Shown here in pieces: positions 1 to 9,249 of a stretch of 64,000 bases of DNA. Positions within the stretch are counted from its first letter, which is position 1, and every line of letters begins with the position of its first letter. The stretch is from a virus. The notes under the pieces were generated by a model. The model was not told the origin of the DNA, made no database searches, and saw nothing but the letters and a program-made list of their open reading frames with translations. Position numbers and translations under genes: made by a program. The stretch is taken from the IMG/VR virus record IMGVR_UViG_3300017991_000096, positions 15,246 to 79,245 of that record. One strand, given 5' to 3'.

Positions 1-1
1 C

Positions 2-115
2 TGGCACTGGGGACCAGACGCCATCGAGGGTATGCCCATCTCTGTTCGCAACCGGCTGGTGGACTCGGTCGTGGAGATCGTCTCTGCTGAGAAGCGCAAA
101 CTAACGCAGGACTAA
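2..115 (+). CDS. 3' end of probable tail assembly chaperone (partial)
   Basis: Open frame WHWGPDAIEGMPISVRNRLV...* ends 3 nt before the tape measure gene; the HW-x4-I-x2-MP-x3-R pattern and position fit pre-TMP chaperones. Confidence 0.5.
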   Translation, partial: WHWGPDAIEGMPISVRNRLVDSVVEIVSAEKRKLTQD

Positions 116-118
116 ACC

Positions 119-2368
119 ATGGACGAGACGGCCGAGTTCGGATTCATCTTCAACGTCAAGGGCAACGCCGAAAAGGCGTTCAAGCGGATGTCGGGCTACC
201 TCAAGTCCATCACCGCAGAGTCCAGGGCGTCGGCGCGCTCCTATCGTGCGCCCCGAGACGAGTTCGGCCGTTTCGTCAGCCAGGGAACCAAGGGCGCTGT
301 CGGTTTCGCGGGCAGCATCGGGCAGGTGTCCTCCGCCCTCTCCGACGCCACAGGTCAGATCACGGCGCTCACGAGTGCCGCCTCCAACTTCTTCGGCGGG
401 TTCGTGCGGCAGGGCGTCCAGACAGCCGCAGCCATCGAGGAGAGCAACGCCCGACTCGCGTTCGGTCTATCCAAGATGGGTATGCCGTTTGACGAGATCA
501 ACGACCGGATCGATGAGGTGTCCCTCAAGACCGTGCTTACTCGCGCGGACTTGCAGGACATGGTGTCCGAGCTAGCCATTCAGAGGATCAACGCTTTTGA
601 TACTGCCCTCGACAGCCTCCAGTACACGGCTACCGATGGTAGTAAGAAAACCATCTCTGCCGTGGAGTCCATCGCTGACGCCGTGGCGTTCTCAGGTAAG
701 AACGTCAACCGCGTCATGTTCTCCATCAAGGAGACGGTGTCTGAGGGCAAGATCCGCCCTGGCCGCTTCCTGTCCGACGACTTGAACCTCGCCCGTGACG
801 AGGTGAAGAAGTGGAACAAGGAACTCGACAAGGCCAAGAGCAACCAGGAGCGGTTCAACACCCTCATGGGCCTGATCACCGATCGCGTCGGCGGCACCAC
901 GGGCGCCCTCGGTGACACCCTCAACTTTACCCTCCAGCAGATTGACGACTGGGTGGACAAGATCAGCAGCGAGGCGTTCAAGGGCGTGCTGCCGGTCATC
1001 CGCGACCTTGTCCGCGAGATCGGGGAATGGTTCCTGACCGTTACCAAGGAAGGCTACATGGACAAGGTGCGCGAGGCGTTTACCGACCTTGCGAAGCAAG
1101 CCGCAGCGGTCGCGCGCTTCATGTTCAACGTCGCCACTGCCGTTTTCGAGTTCGTGCGGATGAACCCGTGGGTCATCAAGCTCGTCTCCTACCTCATCGC
1201 GGCAGGCGTCGCGCTGGGGACCATCGTCGGCGCCATCGCCAGTGTTGCCGCTGTGGTCCTCGCGTTCCAGGCCCTCTGGGCTGCGCTGCCCGCCGTCATC
1301 GCTGCCGTCCAGGCTGCCGTGGTCGCGCTGTTCACCACCGTCCTCCCGTACACGCTGCTGCTCGGTCTGGTCGTCGGCGGGCTCGTCGTCGGCTTCATGG
1401 CGCTTGCCAAGGTCATGCTCGGCGGCAAGGACTGGGCCGACACATGGGAGCGCGTCAAGCTGGTCCTCTCCGCGATCTGGGAGGGCATCAAGGGTATGAC
1501 GGGTGACTCCGCCACGCTCTCGAAAGAGACAGCCATGGCGCTACAGAAAGCCGGGTTGCTCGATTTCGTGTGGAACTTCCTGCGCGTCCTCAACCGGGTC
1601 AAGAAGATGGCGATCACCGTCTACCAGACCTTCATGGGGTATTGGCCGGCGATTCAGGAGGCGGGCGTGCGCATCTGGGGGTCCATCTCTCGCGCCGTCG
1701 AGTCCTTCGCCCGCATCTTCGGCATCAACACGAAGGGGATGCAGAAGGGTGCTGACACGACCATGGACTCGTGGGTCGAGACGGGCATCGCCATTGGCGA
1801 GGTCTTCGCCCACATCATCCTGTTCATCGTCATGCTCGTGGAGTGGATCGCCAAGGCTATCGAAGGCATGGCGAACCTGTACGAAAAGGCGACGCAGGTG
1901 GGCGAGGGCATCGCAGACTGGGCGGCCGACTGGACAGGTGTAGGCGTACAGGAGGAGGAGAGAACGTCAGTTCGCGGCGCACCGGGCTTTATGGGCCAAG
2001 GTGCTATGGCTGCGGGAGCCCCTGCCCGTGGGGCTCCAGGCTTCCTCGGACAAGGTGCCGCTGCCAGCATCGTCACGCCGCGCGAAGCTCTCCAGCAGAA
2101 AAACCAGAAAGAGGCCGCCGACGCCCTGGCGAGTATGAGCGAACTCCAGCGCAGGCGCCTGGTCGAGCTACAGGACGAGAAGCGTGCAGCACTCGCAGGT
2201 GGCGACCGCAAGAGCGCGGCCGTCATCGACGACAAGGTAATGAAGGAGTTTGGAAAGACCATCGCCAACGCCGTCGCCAAGGCCCCGCTCAAGGTCAACA
2301 TCGACGGGAAGAACGTGACTGACCTGATCGCAGAGCAGTCCCAGCAGAACAGAGAGGCAGGTGCCTGA
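119..2368 (+). CDS. tail tape measure protein
   Basis: 749 aa, helical and Ala-rich; N-terminal RDEFGRFV motif, central hydrophobic segments, periodic W/F residues, C-terminal VNIDGK motif; precedes baseplate genes. Confidence 0.85.
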   Translation: MDETAEFGFIFNVKGNAEKAFKRMSGYLKSITAESRASARSYRAPRDEFGRFVSQGTKGAVGFAGSIGQVSSALSDATGQITALTSAASNFFGGFVRQGVQTAAAIEESNARLAFGLSKMGMPFDEINDRIDEVSLKTVLTRADLQDMVSELAIQRINAFDTALDSLQYTATDGSKKTISAVESIADAVAFSGKNVNRVMFSIKETVSEGKIRPGRFLSDDLNLARDEVKKWNKELDKAKSNQERFNTLMGLITDRVGGTTGALGDTLNFTLQQIDDWVDKISSEAFKGVLPVIRDLVREIGEWFLTVTKEGYMDKVREAFTDLAKQAAAVARFMFNVATAVFEFVRMNPWVIKLVSYLIAAGVALGTIVGAIASVAAVVLAFQALWAALPAVIAAVQAAVVALFTTVLPYTLLLGLVVGGLVVGFMALAKVMLGGKDWADTWERVKLVLSAIWEGIKGMTGDSATLSKETAMALQKAGLLDFVWNFLRVLNRVKKMAITVYQTFMGYWPAIQEAGVRIWGSISRAVESFARIFGINTKGMQKGADTTMDSWVETGIAIGEVFAHIILFIVMLVEWIAKAIEGMANLYEKATQVGEGIADWAADWTGVGVQEEERTSVRGAPGFMGQGAMAAGAPARGAPGFLGQGAAASIVTPREALQQKNQKEAADALASMSELQRRRLVELQDEKRAALAGGDRKSAAVIDDKVMKEFGKTIANAVAKAPLKVNIDGKNVTDLIAEQSQQNREAGA

Positions 2369-2958
2369 TGGGATACAACCCCTCACGATTCACGAAGGGC
2401 CGGTTCGTCCAGGTCAGCACGGGCATCATCGTCCCCTTCATGTTCAACCCCACCACCGTCGCGCGCGACCACGGATGGAGTTGGTCTGAGCAGGCTATCC
2501 CTGGCCGATCTCACCCGTTCTACCAGGGTGGCACTGGCATGGCCGAGAGCATCAGTTTCACCCTGTTCCTCGACGGCGACCGCGGGCGCTCCGACCGGCG
2601 GCGCTCGCTGGCTGAGGTCGGCTTTCAGGACGTGCCCATCGACCTGTCCCCGGAGATCAACCAGCTACGCCAGTTGAAGCTGCCCCACGATGTCGAGTTC
2701 GATGGGGCCTATGGCGTGCCCGACCGCTTGCTCCTCAACCTCGGGACTTGGTTCTCTGGGCAGGTGCAACTGGACAGCGTCAACGACCGCGTCACCGAGT
2801 GGACCCCCAAGCTGGAGCCGCTGCGCGCTGAGGTGGACATCGAGGCGCATGTGATCGTTGAATCCAACGAAACCGACTGGTTGTTCTTCTCCTCGGAGCC
2901 GAGCAACGCCCTGACGGAGCGGCCAGAGGTGCTGCCCAGACCGGAGAGTGACTCGTGA
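2368..2958 (+). CDS. tail tube initiator / contractile-system tube-like baseplate protein
   Basis: FMFNPTTV...W.EQAIPG...P.YQ...G..ESISFTLFLD pattern; coupled to the TMP stop codon (TGATG). Confidence 0.65.
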   Translation: MGYNPSRFTKGRFVQVSTGIIVPFMFNPTTVARDHGWSWSEQAIPGRSHPFYQGGTGMAESISFTLFLDGDRGRSDRRRSLAEVGFQDVPIDLSPEINQLRQLKLPHDVEFDGAYGVPDRLLLNLGTWFSGQVQLDSVNDRVTEWTPKLEPLRAEVDIEAHVIVESNETDWLFFSSEPSNALTERPEVLPRPESDS

Positions 2959-3314
2959 GCGTCGGACCAGACAGCCGCTACAACCGATCCGCGATCCTCG
3001 TCGTGCAGGACCAGTTCGGCCGCCCTCAGCGCAAGCCGTACCTCGACATCTTCGAGCCGTACAGTGAGATCAACGACCCGACCAACCGGCGCTACGTGGT
3101 CAATGATATCGACCGCCCGCACACCCTCGGCTATCGCTTCCTCGGCAACAGCCGCCACTGGTGGGCTGTCGCGGACTTCAACGAGGTCATCGACCCTTTC
3201 GAGGAGTTCCAGCCCACCGCGCAGATCCAGCTACCCAGCCGCGGGACGTTCCAGTTTGACGTGCTGGACTTCGACCTCGTGGCCGAGAGAGACATCGAGG
3301 ACGGTGAGGCGTGA
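2955..3314 (+). CDS. LysM/gp53/gpX-like baseplate protein
   Basis: SRY start motif and LGYRFLGNSRHWWAVADFN...I.LP motif; position in the baseplate operon. Confidence 0.7.
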   Translation: MSVGPDSRYNRSAILVVQDQFGRPQRKPYLDIFEPYSEINDPTNRRYVVNDIDRPHTLGYRFLGNSRHWWAVADFNEVIDPFEEFQPTAQIQLPSRGTFQFDVLDFDLVAERDIEDGEA

Positions 3315-4915
3315 CTCAGGCGATCTACACGGCGCGCGTCAAGCCTGTGGTGATGATTCGCGTCAACGGGGAGCCACGCCCCGACCTGGAGGAGCGCCGC
3401 ATCGTCTTTCAGTACAACGACCGTGTGGGCAAGCGGGACACCGCGGAGCTAGTGCTGGCCGATCCTGGGCGCGAGATCTCCAACGGCGACCTTTTACAGC
3501 CTGACGACATCTTCGAGGTGACGTGGGGCTACCCCGACAACATGAGCAAGGTTCGGACCCTTCGCTTGAAGGGCTGGACGCCGAACTATGACGAAGCCTT
3601 CCCCACGGTCAAAGCTAACCTCATGGTTACCAGCGCACGTCAGAAGCTCCAGGGCAAGCGTAGGGTCACGGAGCCCCACACGACGCAGAAACCGAAGAAC
3701 TGGGGTAAGCGCGAGAGCAGCGACATCGCCAAGCGCATCGCTCGACGGCATGGGCTCAAGTTCAAGGGCGATGCCAGTGACGACATCGACGTTCCGTTCT
3801 ACCAACCGGGCAACGTCAGCGACTACGAGTTCCTTCAACAGCTAGCCGACGACATCGACTTCGAGTGCTTCATCGAGGGTGACACGCTCTACTACCGAGC
3901 GAAGCCCTACGATGAGCGGCCGAGGCGGGTGTTCTACTACTACCCACAAGGCGGCGGGCTCACCGATACCCTGCTGCTCAGCTTCACCCCCGAGGTGAAG
4001 GTCATCAAGGTAAGCGTCAAGCCTCGCGGCTCCAACACATCGACGGGCGACGCCAACGTCAAGTTGGAGGCCACGCTTTCCGGCATCAACGCCGAGTTCT
4101 CCGAGCTAGCCGGCACGAACGCCGCCAACGCCCAGACCGCCAGTAACAACGCGCAGCAGAGCGCCGCCGCTGACCTCACCGCGTCGCTGGAGGCGAGTGC
4201 CAACTTCAAGCTGAACCCCAACGCATCGACCGCCCAGCAGGCAGCGCAGAGTCGGGCTGCGGTGGAGGATGGGCTCGCCGCGCTCAAGAACGCCCGCGCC
4301 GATCTGCGCTCCTCGAAAACGCAGACGGGTAAGGCCGCCTACGCCGAGCAGACGACGCAGATCAACAGTCAAGCTCAGGGCGACAAGGGGTCCTGTGCGG
4401 GCTCGTCACCATCGAAGGCAGGCGACACGCCCACGGGCGAGCCCTCGACCCAGGAGGCGGTTGTGCTGGGTCTGGGAGACTCTCGGGACCTGACCTACCT
4501 GCCAGCCTCCAACGCCCAGTCCCTCGCCACCCCGTCCGTCTCCGAGCGCAAGCGGCAGCGCGAGGCGTGCGCCAGTTTCGCAAAGATGAAGGACCGGGCT
4601 GTGACCGCGTCCGCGGAGTTCGTTGGCGATCCGGCGCTCAGGAGCAAGGTGAACTACGAAGTTCGTGGCGTTGGCCGCCGCTTCGAGGGCTCGTGGTATA
4701 GTAAAGACACGACACATACGGTAGGAGACAACTACCGAGTGCAGATGAAGCTCAAGAAAGGCACCATCCGCAAGATCAAGAAAGGCAAGGGGACCAGTGC
4801 GAACGCCATGGACCCCAACGCAGCCAACCAGCAGACGAGCGAGGTGCTCGTGCTCGGACTCGCCAACGAACGTGTCTCCCGCATCGAAACCCGGTCGGGA
4901 GTCCCCAACACATAG
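3311..4915 (+). CDS. baseplate hub protein (late control D / gp27 / VgrG N-terminal-like)
   Basis: WGY, SDIAKRIARRHGL, Q..VSDYEFLQQLA, GDPALR and GVGRRFEGSWY...H motifs; carries an Ala/Gln-rich insertion. Confidence 0.8.
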   Translation: MTQAIYTARVKPVVMIRVNGEPRPDLEERRIVFQYNDRVGKRDTAELVLADPGREISNGDLLQPDDIFEVTWGYPDNMSKVRTLRLKGWTPNYDEAFPTVKANLMVTSARQKLQGKRRVTEPHTTQKPKNWGKRESSDIAKRIARRHGLKFKGDASDDIDVPFYQPGNVSDYEFLQQLADDIDFECFIEGDTLYYRAKPYDERPRRVFYYYPQGGGLTDTLLLSFTPEVKVIKVSVKPRGSNTSTGDANVKLEATLSGINAEFSELAGTNAANAQTASNNAQQSAAADLTASLEASANFKLNPNASTAQQAAQSRAAVEDGLAALKNARADLRSSKTQTGKAAYAEQTTQINSQAQGDKGSCAGSSPSKAGDTPTGEPSTQEAVVLGLGDSRDLTYLPASNAQSLATPSVSERKRQREACASFAKMKDRAVTASAEFVGDPALRSKVNYEVRGVGRRFEGSWYSKDTTHTVGDNYRVQMKLKKGTIRKIKKGKGTSANAMDPNAANQQTSEVLVLGLANERVSRIETRSGVPNT

Positions 4916-4924
4916 GACCCCACT

Positions 4925-5653
4925 ATGCCAGCCAAGCCCCTACCCAAAAACGCGAAGATCCTCCAGGTCAGCAACTTCACCTTCGACGGCACCGATCAGG
5001 AGGCGACGGTCACCTACGACGTGGAGCTATCCAACGGAGCCAACGTCGAGTACACGTCCACGCTCTGCCCCGAGCAGGACCGCGAGTTCGCGCTCGCGCT
5101 CACGCACGTCTGGGACGTGGTCCGCAAGCGGGCATACGAGCCCGTCAAGATCGAGCGGGAGTTGCTCTGCGACACCTGCACGTCGGCGTGCTGCTACAAC
5201 TACCACCACGTTCAGGTCACTGAGCGTGACATCGACCGGCTCTGCGAGGCCACCAAGTCGAAGGACCTTGATGACCTTCGGCGCAAAGGCATCATCGGTG
5301 GCGACGGCTCGATGGGCGGCGTCGGCTGGCTCGGCAAGGTGGCGATCGACGAGGAGACGTGGGAGGAGGTTGGCGATGTCCTCAAGCATCGCCACGTCTG
5401 CATGTTCCTTGCTTGGTCTAAGGAGGGCTTGGGTCGCTGCACCATCTACAAGCACCGACCGGACACCTGCCGCGGGTTTGAGGAGCAGAACTGCGAGGAC
5501 TACACCCCGGCCGACGAGAGCCTGGTGCAGATCCGCCGCCTCAACCGCGACGCAAGGCGCAACCCCATCAATCCCAACTTCCCCAAGGTCGATATGGACC
5601 GACTGGCAGAGACGACTGGGGTCGAGATTCGGCCCATGAAAGGACGACGATGA
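4925..5653 (+). CDS. YkgJ-family (CxxCxxCC) Zn/Fe-S cluster protein
   Basis: CDTCTSACC, CMFL and CTIYKHRPDTCRGF motifs. Confidence 0.75.
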   Translation: MPAKPLPKNAKILQVSNFTFDGTDQEATVTYDVELSNGANVEYTSTLCPEQDREFALALTHVWDVVRKRAYEPVKIERELLCDTCTSACCYNYHHVQVTERDIDRLCEATKSKDLDDLRRKGIIGGDGSMGGVGWLGKVAIDEETWEEVGDVLKHRHVCMFLAWSKEGLGRCTIYKHRPDTCRGFEEQNCEDYTPADESLVQIRRLNRDARRNPINPNFPKVDMDRLAETTGVEIRPMKGRR

Positions 5654-6099
5654 GACGAGCACTACTCGCCATGGTCGCGTGCCTCGCCCTCTCGGGCTGC
5701 GGTAGCGCGTACATCAACACCTACCGCGGAGCGGTCATCACGAAGGAACTCGTGACGGAGGCTCACGAGAGCCAGTGGAGCGAGCCCCTGCGCGAGCGGG
5801 CCGCCGAGTGCGACACGGAGGCCAACGACACCGTCGCCAAGCTGGACGAGTGCATGGCACCGTTCACGAAGGACAACAACGACAAGGTGGTCAAGGCCCT
5901 CGCCGCCTACAAGACCGCCGCGTCGGCGCTGAGTGCCATCCTCATCGCCGCCGAGAAGAACCCCGACGGGCTCGACAAAGACGCCCTCAAGCAAGCCATG
6001 AGTGACACCCTCGCCGCTGCCCGAGAGTTGATCTCCCTGTTCCCCGAGGCGGCCGAGTGGATGGAGCGCGTCGAGATGCTCTTGAAAGGACTGGTGTAG
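5650..6099 (+). CDS. lipoprotein
   Basis: MRR followed by a hydrophobic stretch and lipobox LSGC; helical body. Confidence 0.65.
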   Translation: MRRALLAMVACLALSGCGSAYINTYRGAVITKELVTEAHESQWSEPLRERAAECDTEANDTVAKLDECMAPFTKDNNDKVVKALAAYKTAASALSAILIAAEKNPDGLDKDALKQAMSDTLAAARELISLFPEAAEWMERVEMLLKGLV

Positions 6100-6101
6100 C
6101 C

Positions 6102-6290
6102 ATGAACATCCTTGGATCCCTACTGGAGAGCGCCGCCAAGGTTCTCAAGCTCAGCCGCGAGGCGTTCGCCGCCAAGCTGGAGGAGGCCGCTGCTGAGGTC
6201 AGGGCGGGCAAGCTGATCCCCGACGCCGCTTTCGAGCGGTCCATCGAGGACAAGGAACTGCTGGACGAGATCTACGGTCGCCGTAGCTAG
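6102..6290 (+). CDS. small hypothetical protein
   Basis: ATG at 6102 with AAGGA upstream; fills the gap between genes; 62 aa, amphipathic. Confidence 0.55.
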   Translation: MNILGSLLESAAKVLKLSREAFAAKLEEAAAEVRAGKLIPDAAFERSIEDKELLDEIYGRRS

Positions 6291-6295
6291 ACACC

Positions 6296-7597
6296 ATGCG
6301 ACGCCCAGAAGAACAGGTCGGCCCCAAAGACGACCGCAAATACTGGGGCTCCTACGTCGGGTTCGTCCGAGACACGAACGACCCCGAGCGGAGAGGACGT
6401 GTCCGCTTCCATGTACCCGAGGTCGCGGGTGACGAGGACAACACGGATACGTGGCTCGACTGGGCGTTGCCGAAGATGCCCCTCGCGGGTTTCGACACTG
6501 GGGCTCTCCTTGTCCCGCCGTCACCGGAAGAACAGTCCCGAGAGGACCAGGACGGTGACCGGGAGAGCCCCATCCGTCGCGTGGCGTACTGGATCGAGTT
6601 CCGGCACGGCGATCCACGCTTCCCCATCTACACCGGAGGCTTCTGGTACGGCGAGGGTGACATCCCCAACTACACGCCGCCCATTTCCGAGATCTCCAAC
6701 AACGGCGATGAGTCGTTCCTGCCGCCCAACGGCAGCGCGGCGACCCGGCTCCTCGACTTCAACTCTGACGGTGACCTGGCCGAGAGCGAGCCCGCAAGCG
6801 AGCCGCGCCCGAGTAACGAGGCGCTGTACCCTCGCAACAGGTTCTACAAGAGCCCTAGCGGGCACATCATCGAAGCCGACGACACCCCGAACCGCGAGCG
6901 CGTCAAGGTGTACCACCGGGGCGGCACCTACTGGGAGATGACCCCAGATGGTAGCCTCATCACCAAGGTTGTCGGCAAGCGCTACACCTACGTGAGCGAT
7001 GACGATCTGCGGCACGTCGTGGGCACCTGCAAGGAGGTTCTCGACCGCGACTACCACATCCAGGTTCGCGGCAACACGACCGAGGTCTACCTCCAGGCGC
7101 GGCGCATCCTAGAGGAGAGCGAGGTCACCCAGATCTCCAAGGCCAACGTCAGTCGGCAGATCAACGGCACCTACACCCTGAACGTCGCCTCGCTGCTGCT
7201 GGAGTCTCTGGCCGATGCGAACATCGCCGCCGCTGGCACGATGTCGATCGCTGGCCTGTCTACGACCGTGCTTGGTGCCACGAAGGCGGAGATCATCTCT
7301 CCGACAGGGGTGACCCTCGTGGGCTCGTCGTCTCCCGTCGCTGCCATCGAGCCCATCATGGGTGGGCTCACCTTCAACGCTGGCCTGGCTACCTTCAACG
7401 GTACGTGGGGCGGGCTCGCTGCCACGCTCGCTACTGCGACGGCGGCCTACGCCGCCACGCGACCGCCCCCACCGGCCCCCGAAGGTGTGTGGCTCGCCGC
7501 CATCGCCACCTATCTCAGTGGCCTCGCCGTAGCTATCCCGATCTGGACGGCAGCCGCGGCAGCTTCCAACACCATCCACCGAGTGACCCCCCTCTAA
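6296..7597 (+). CDS. baseplate spike (gp5/gpV/VgrG OB-fold plus beta-helix)
   Basis: DTNDPERRGRVRFHVP, WALP, IEFRHGDPRFPIYTG, YPRNR..KSPSGHIIEADDTPNRERV.VYHRGGT. Confidence 0.85.
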   Translation: MRRPEEQVGPKDDRKYWGSYVGFVRDTNDPERRGRVRFHVPEVAGDEDNTDTWLDWALPKMPLAGFDTGALLVPPSPEEQSREDQDGDRESPIRRVAYWIEFRHGDPRFPIYTGGFWYGEGDIPNYTPPISEISNNGDESFLPPNGSAATRLLDFNSDGDLAESEPASEPRPSNEALYPRNRFYKSPSGHIIEADDTPNRERVKVYHRGGTYWEMTPDGSLITKVVGKRYTYVSDDDLRHVVGTCKEVLDRDYHIQVRGNTTEVYLQARRILEESEVTQISKANVSRQINGTYTLNVASLLLESLADANIAAAGTMSIAGLSTTVLGATKAEIISPTGVTLVGSSSPVAAIEPIMGGLTFNAGLATFNGTWGGLAATLATATAAYAATRPPPPAPEGVWLAAIATYLSGLAVAIPIWTAAAAASNTIHRVTPL

Positions 7598-8793
7598 TGG
7601 CTACCTGGCTTACCATCGACGGTGACGACCTTCCGCTGATCCCTCTGCTGGAGCAGATCTTCGGTACGCTCGACCCGTTGCTGAACGCTGCGGCTGCGGC
7701 TGCTCAGACTGCCGCCACGGCACTGGAGGTCATCGAGACGCTCATCGGTGTCGTGGGCGACCCGAACGAACTGGTGCGCCAAGCTATCAATGCCCTCATC
7801 CAAGACCTGATCACGAATCAGGTCAACGTGCTGCTCATCAAGCCCACGTTCCTGACGGACCAGGGTAACCGGGGGCTCGCAGGGTTCGGGCGTATCATCC
7901 AAGACGCGCTCACTGACCAGGGTGACATCAACCGCCCCAACTTCGGAGCCAACGACACCAGCGGGGGCGTGGTCATCGCTGTTTTTGCCCCCAGCTTTCA
8001 GGACTTGGTGCCACTGGCACAGGCGTTCCAGTCCCTCTTTGGCGACGGCTGGCGCGAGTTCATCGACTACGTCAACAGCCTCCCCGGAGAGCGCCCGCCC
8101 TTCAACCTGGTCGGGGCTACTGGCACCGTCACGTCGCTGGTGGAGGGGGCCGATCCCTCCTCGACCTTCATCGACGCCGACCTGGCCGACTTGCAGAACA
8201 ACACCGGCAGCCAGTGGAACGGATACCGCATCGACGGCTTCAACGGCCGCAACGCAGGGCAGTCCGCTATCGTCAACTTTTTCAACCCCTTCGACGGTCG
8301 CTTCTTCCTCGATCCCGGCTTCTCCAACGACCTGGAGGTGGGCGATGCCTACGTCCTCAACTACATCCCGCAGAGCAAGCCTCCCGACTGGTACACGAAG
8401 CGGGTCATCGACGTGTTCCCTCCGCTCGCGCTCGCCGTCGATGCGCTCGCACGAGTCCGCGACCAGATCCCCAACGCTGGCGGTCCTCTCCAAGACGCGC
8501 TCAACGTCTTGTCTCGGCTGATCAACCTGCTCCAAGCCAAGGTCGCCCTCATCCAGAACATCATTGGTCAGATCCAAACCATCGTGGCTCTGCTCCAGCA
8601 GCTTGGTAACGTCACGAACTTGAACGTGCTTCCCATCCCACCGCAGAACTTCGGTGACGTGGGCTTCATCACCGAGTTCTTCCGCGCCCAGAACCCGCCG
8701 CCCGTGGCAGCGGACTCGGTCGCACTGGGCCTCGTGCTCTACGGCGGCAGTGGCATCTACGGCACCCTTCAACAGATCCTACCCATCCCATGA
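7597..8793 (+). CDS. virion/baseplate-associated protein of unknown function
   Basis: ATG overlaps the spike stop (TAATG); long amphipathic helices flank a beta-rich insert; lies between spike and gp25-like genes. Confidence 0.6.
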   Translation: MATWLTIDGDDLPLIPLLEQIFGTLDPLLNAAAAAAQTAATALEVIETLIGVVGDPNELVRQAINALIQDLITNQVNVLLIKPTFLTDQGNRGLAGFGRIIQDALTDQGDINRPNFGANDTSGGVVIAVFAPSFQDLVPLAQAFQSLFGDGWREFIDYVNSLPGERPPFNLVGATGTVTSLVEGADPSSTFIDADLADLQNNTGSQWNGYRIDGFNGRNAGQSAIVNFFNPFDGRFFLDPGFSNDLEVGDAYVLNYIPQSKPPDWYTKRVIDVFPPLALAVDALARVRDQIPNAGGPLQDALNVLSRLINLLQAKVALIQNIIGQIQTIVALLQQLGNVTNLNVLPIPPQNFGDVGFITEFFRAQNPPPVAADSVALGLVLYGGSGIYGTLQQILPIP

Positions 8794-9248
8794 CTGACGA
8801 GTTCCAGCCCCTCATCCCCGACTTCGACCCTGGCGAGCCTGGTGCTGCGCTCGGCAAGGGCATGGCGTGGCCGCCCCGCGAGGACCCGACGACGGGTGAC
8901 TTCAAGCGCGCTGAGGGCGAGGAGTCCATCTCGTCCTGTATCCTCAACCTCATCACGACGGTCTACGAGGAGATCCCGCTGCTGGAACTCATGGGCACCC
9001 GCATCGAGAGGTTGCTGTTCTCGAACGACCTCGACGGCTTGCTTGAGCTTTTCCGTCTGGAGGTGGGCGAGGCGCTCAAGCGGCACGAGAAGCGGGTGTT
9101 CTACCTGGGCACGACCTTCGAGGTGAGCGGCACAGACCGCAACACGCTGTCGGTCAAGGCCCGTATCCGCTACCGCGTTCGGGCGACTGGACAGCCCGAC
9201 ACGTTGGTGTTCCCCTTTTCTCTGAACGGAACCCCGGAGGGCGTCTGA
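8790..9248 (+). CDS. gpW/gp25-like baseplate wedge protein
   Basis: GKGMAWP...I...I.NLITT..EE.P....GT.I..LLF...EKRV...LVFPF. Confidence 0.85.
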   Translation: MTDEFQPLIPDFDPGEPGAALGKGMAWPPREDPTTGDFKRAEGEESISSCILNLITTVYEEIPLLELMGTRIERLLFSNDLDGLLELFRLEVGEALKRHEKRVFYLGTTFEVSGTDRNTLSVKARIRYRVRATGQPDTLVFPFSLNGTPEGV

Positions 9249-9249
9249 C

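Noticed and set aside
1974-2060. RGAPGF[ML]GQGA duplication in the tape measure as a collagen-like domain
   Set aside because: Only two copies and no sustained Gly-X-Y register.
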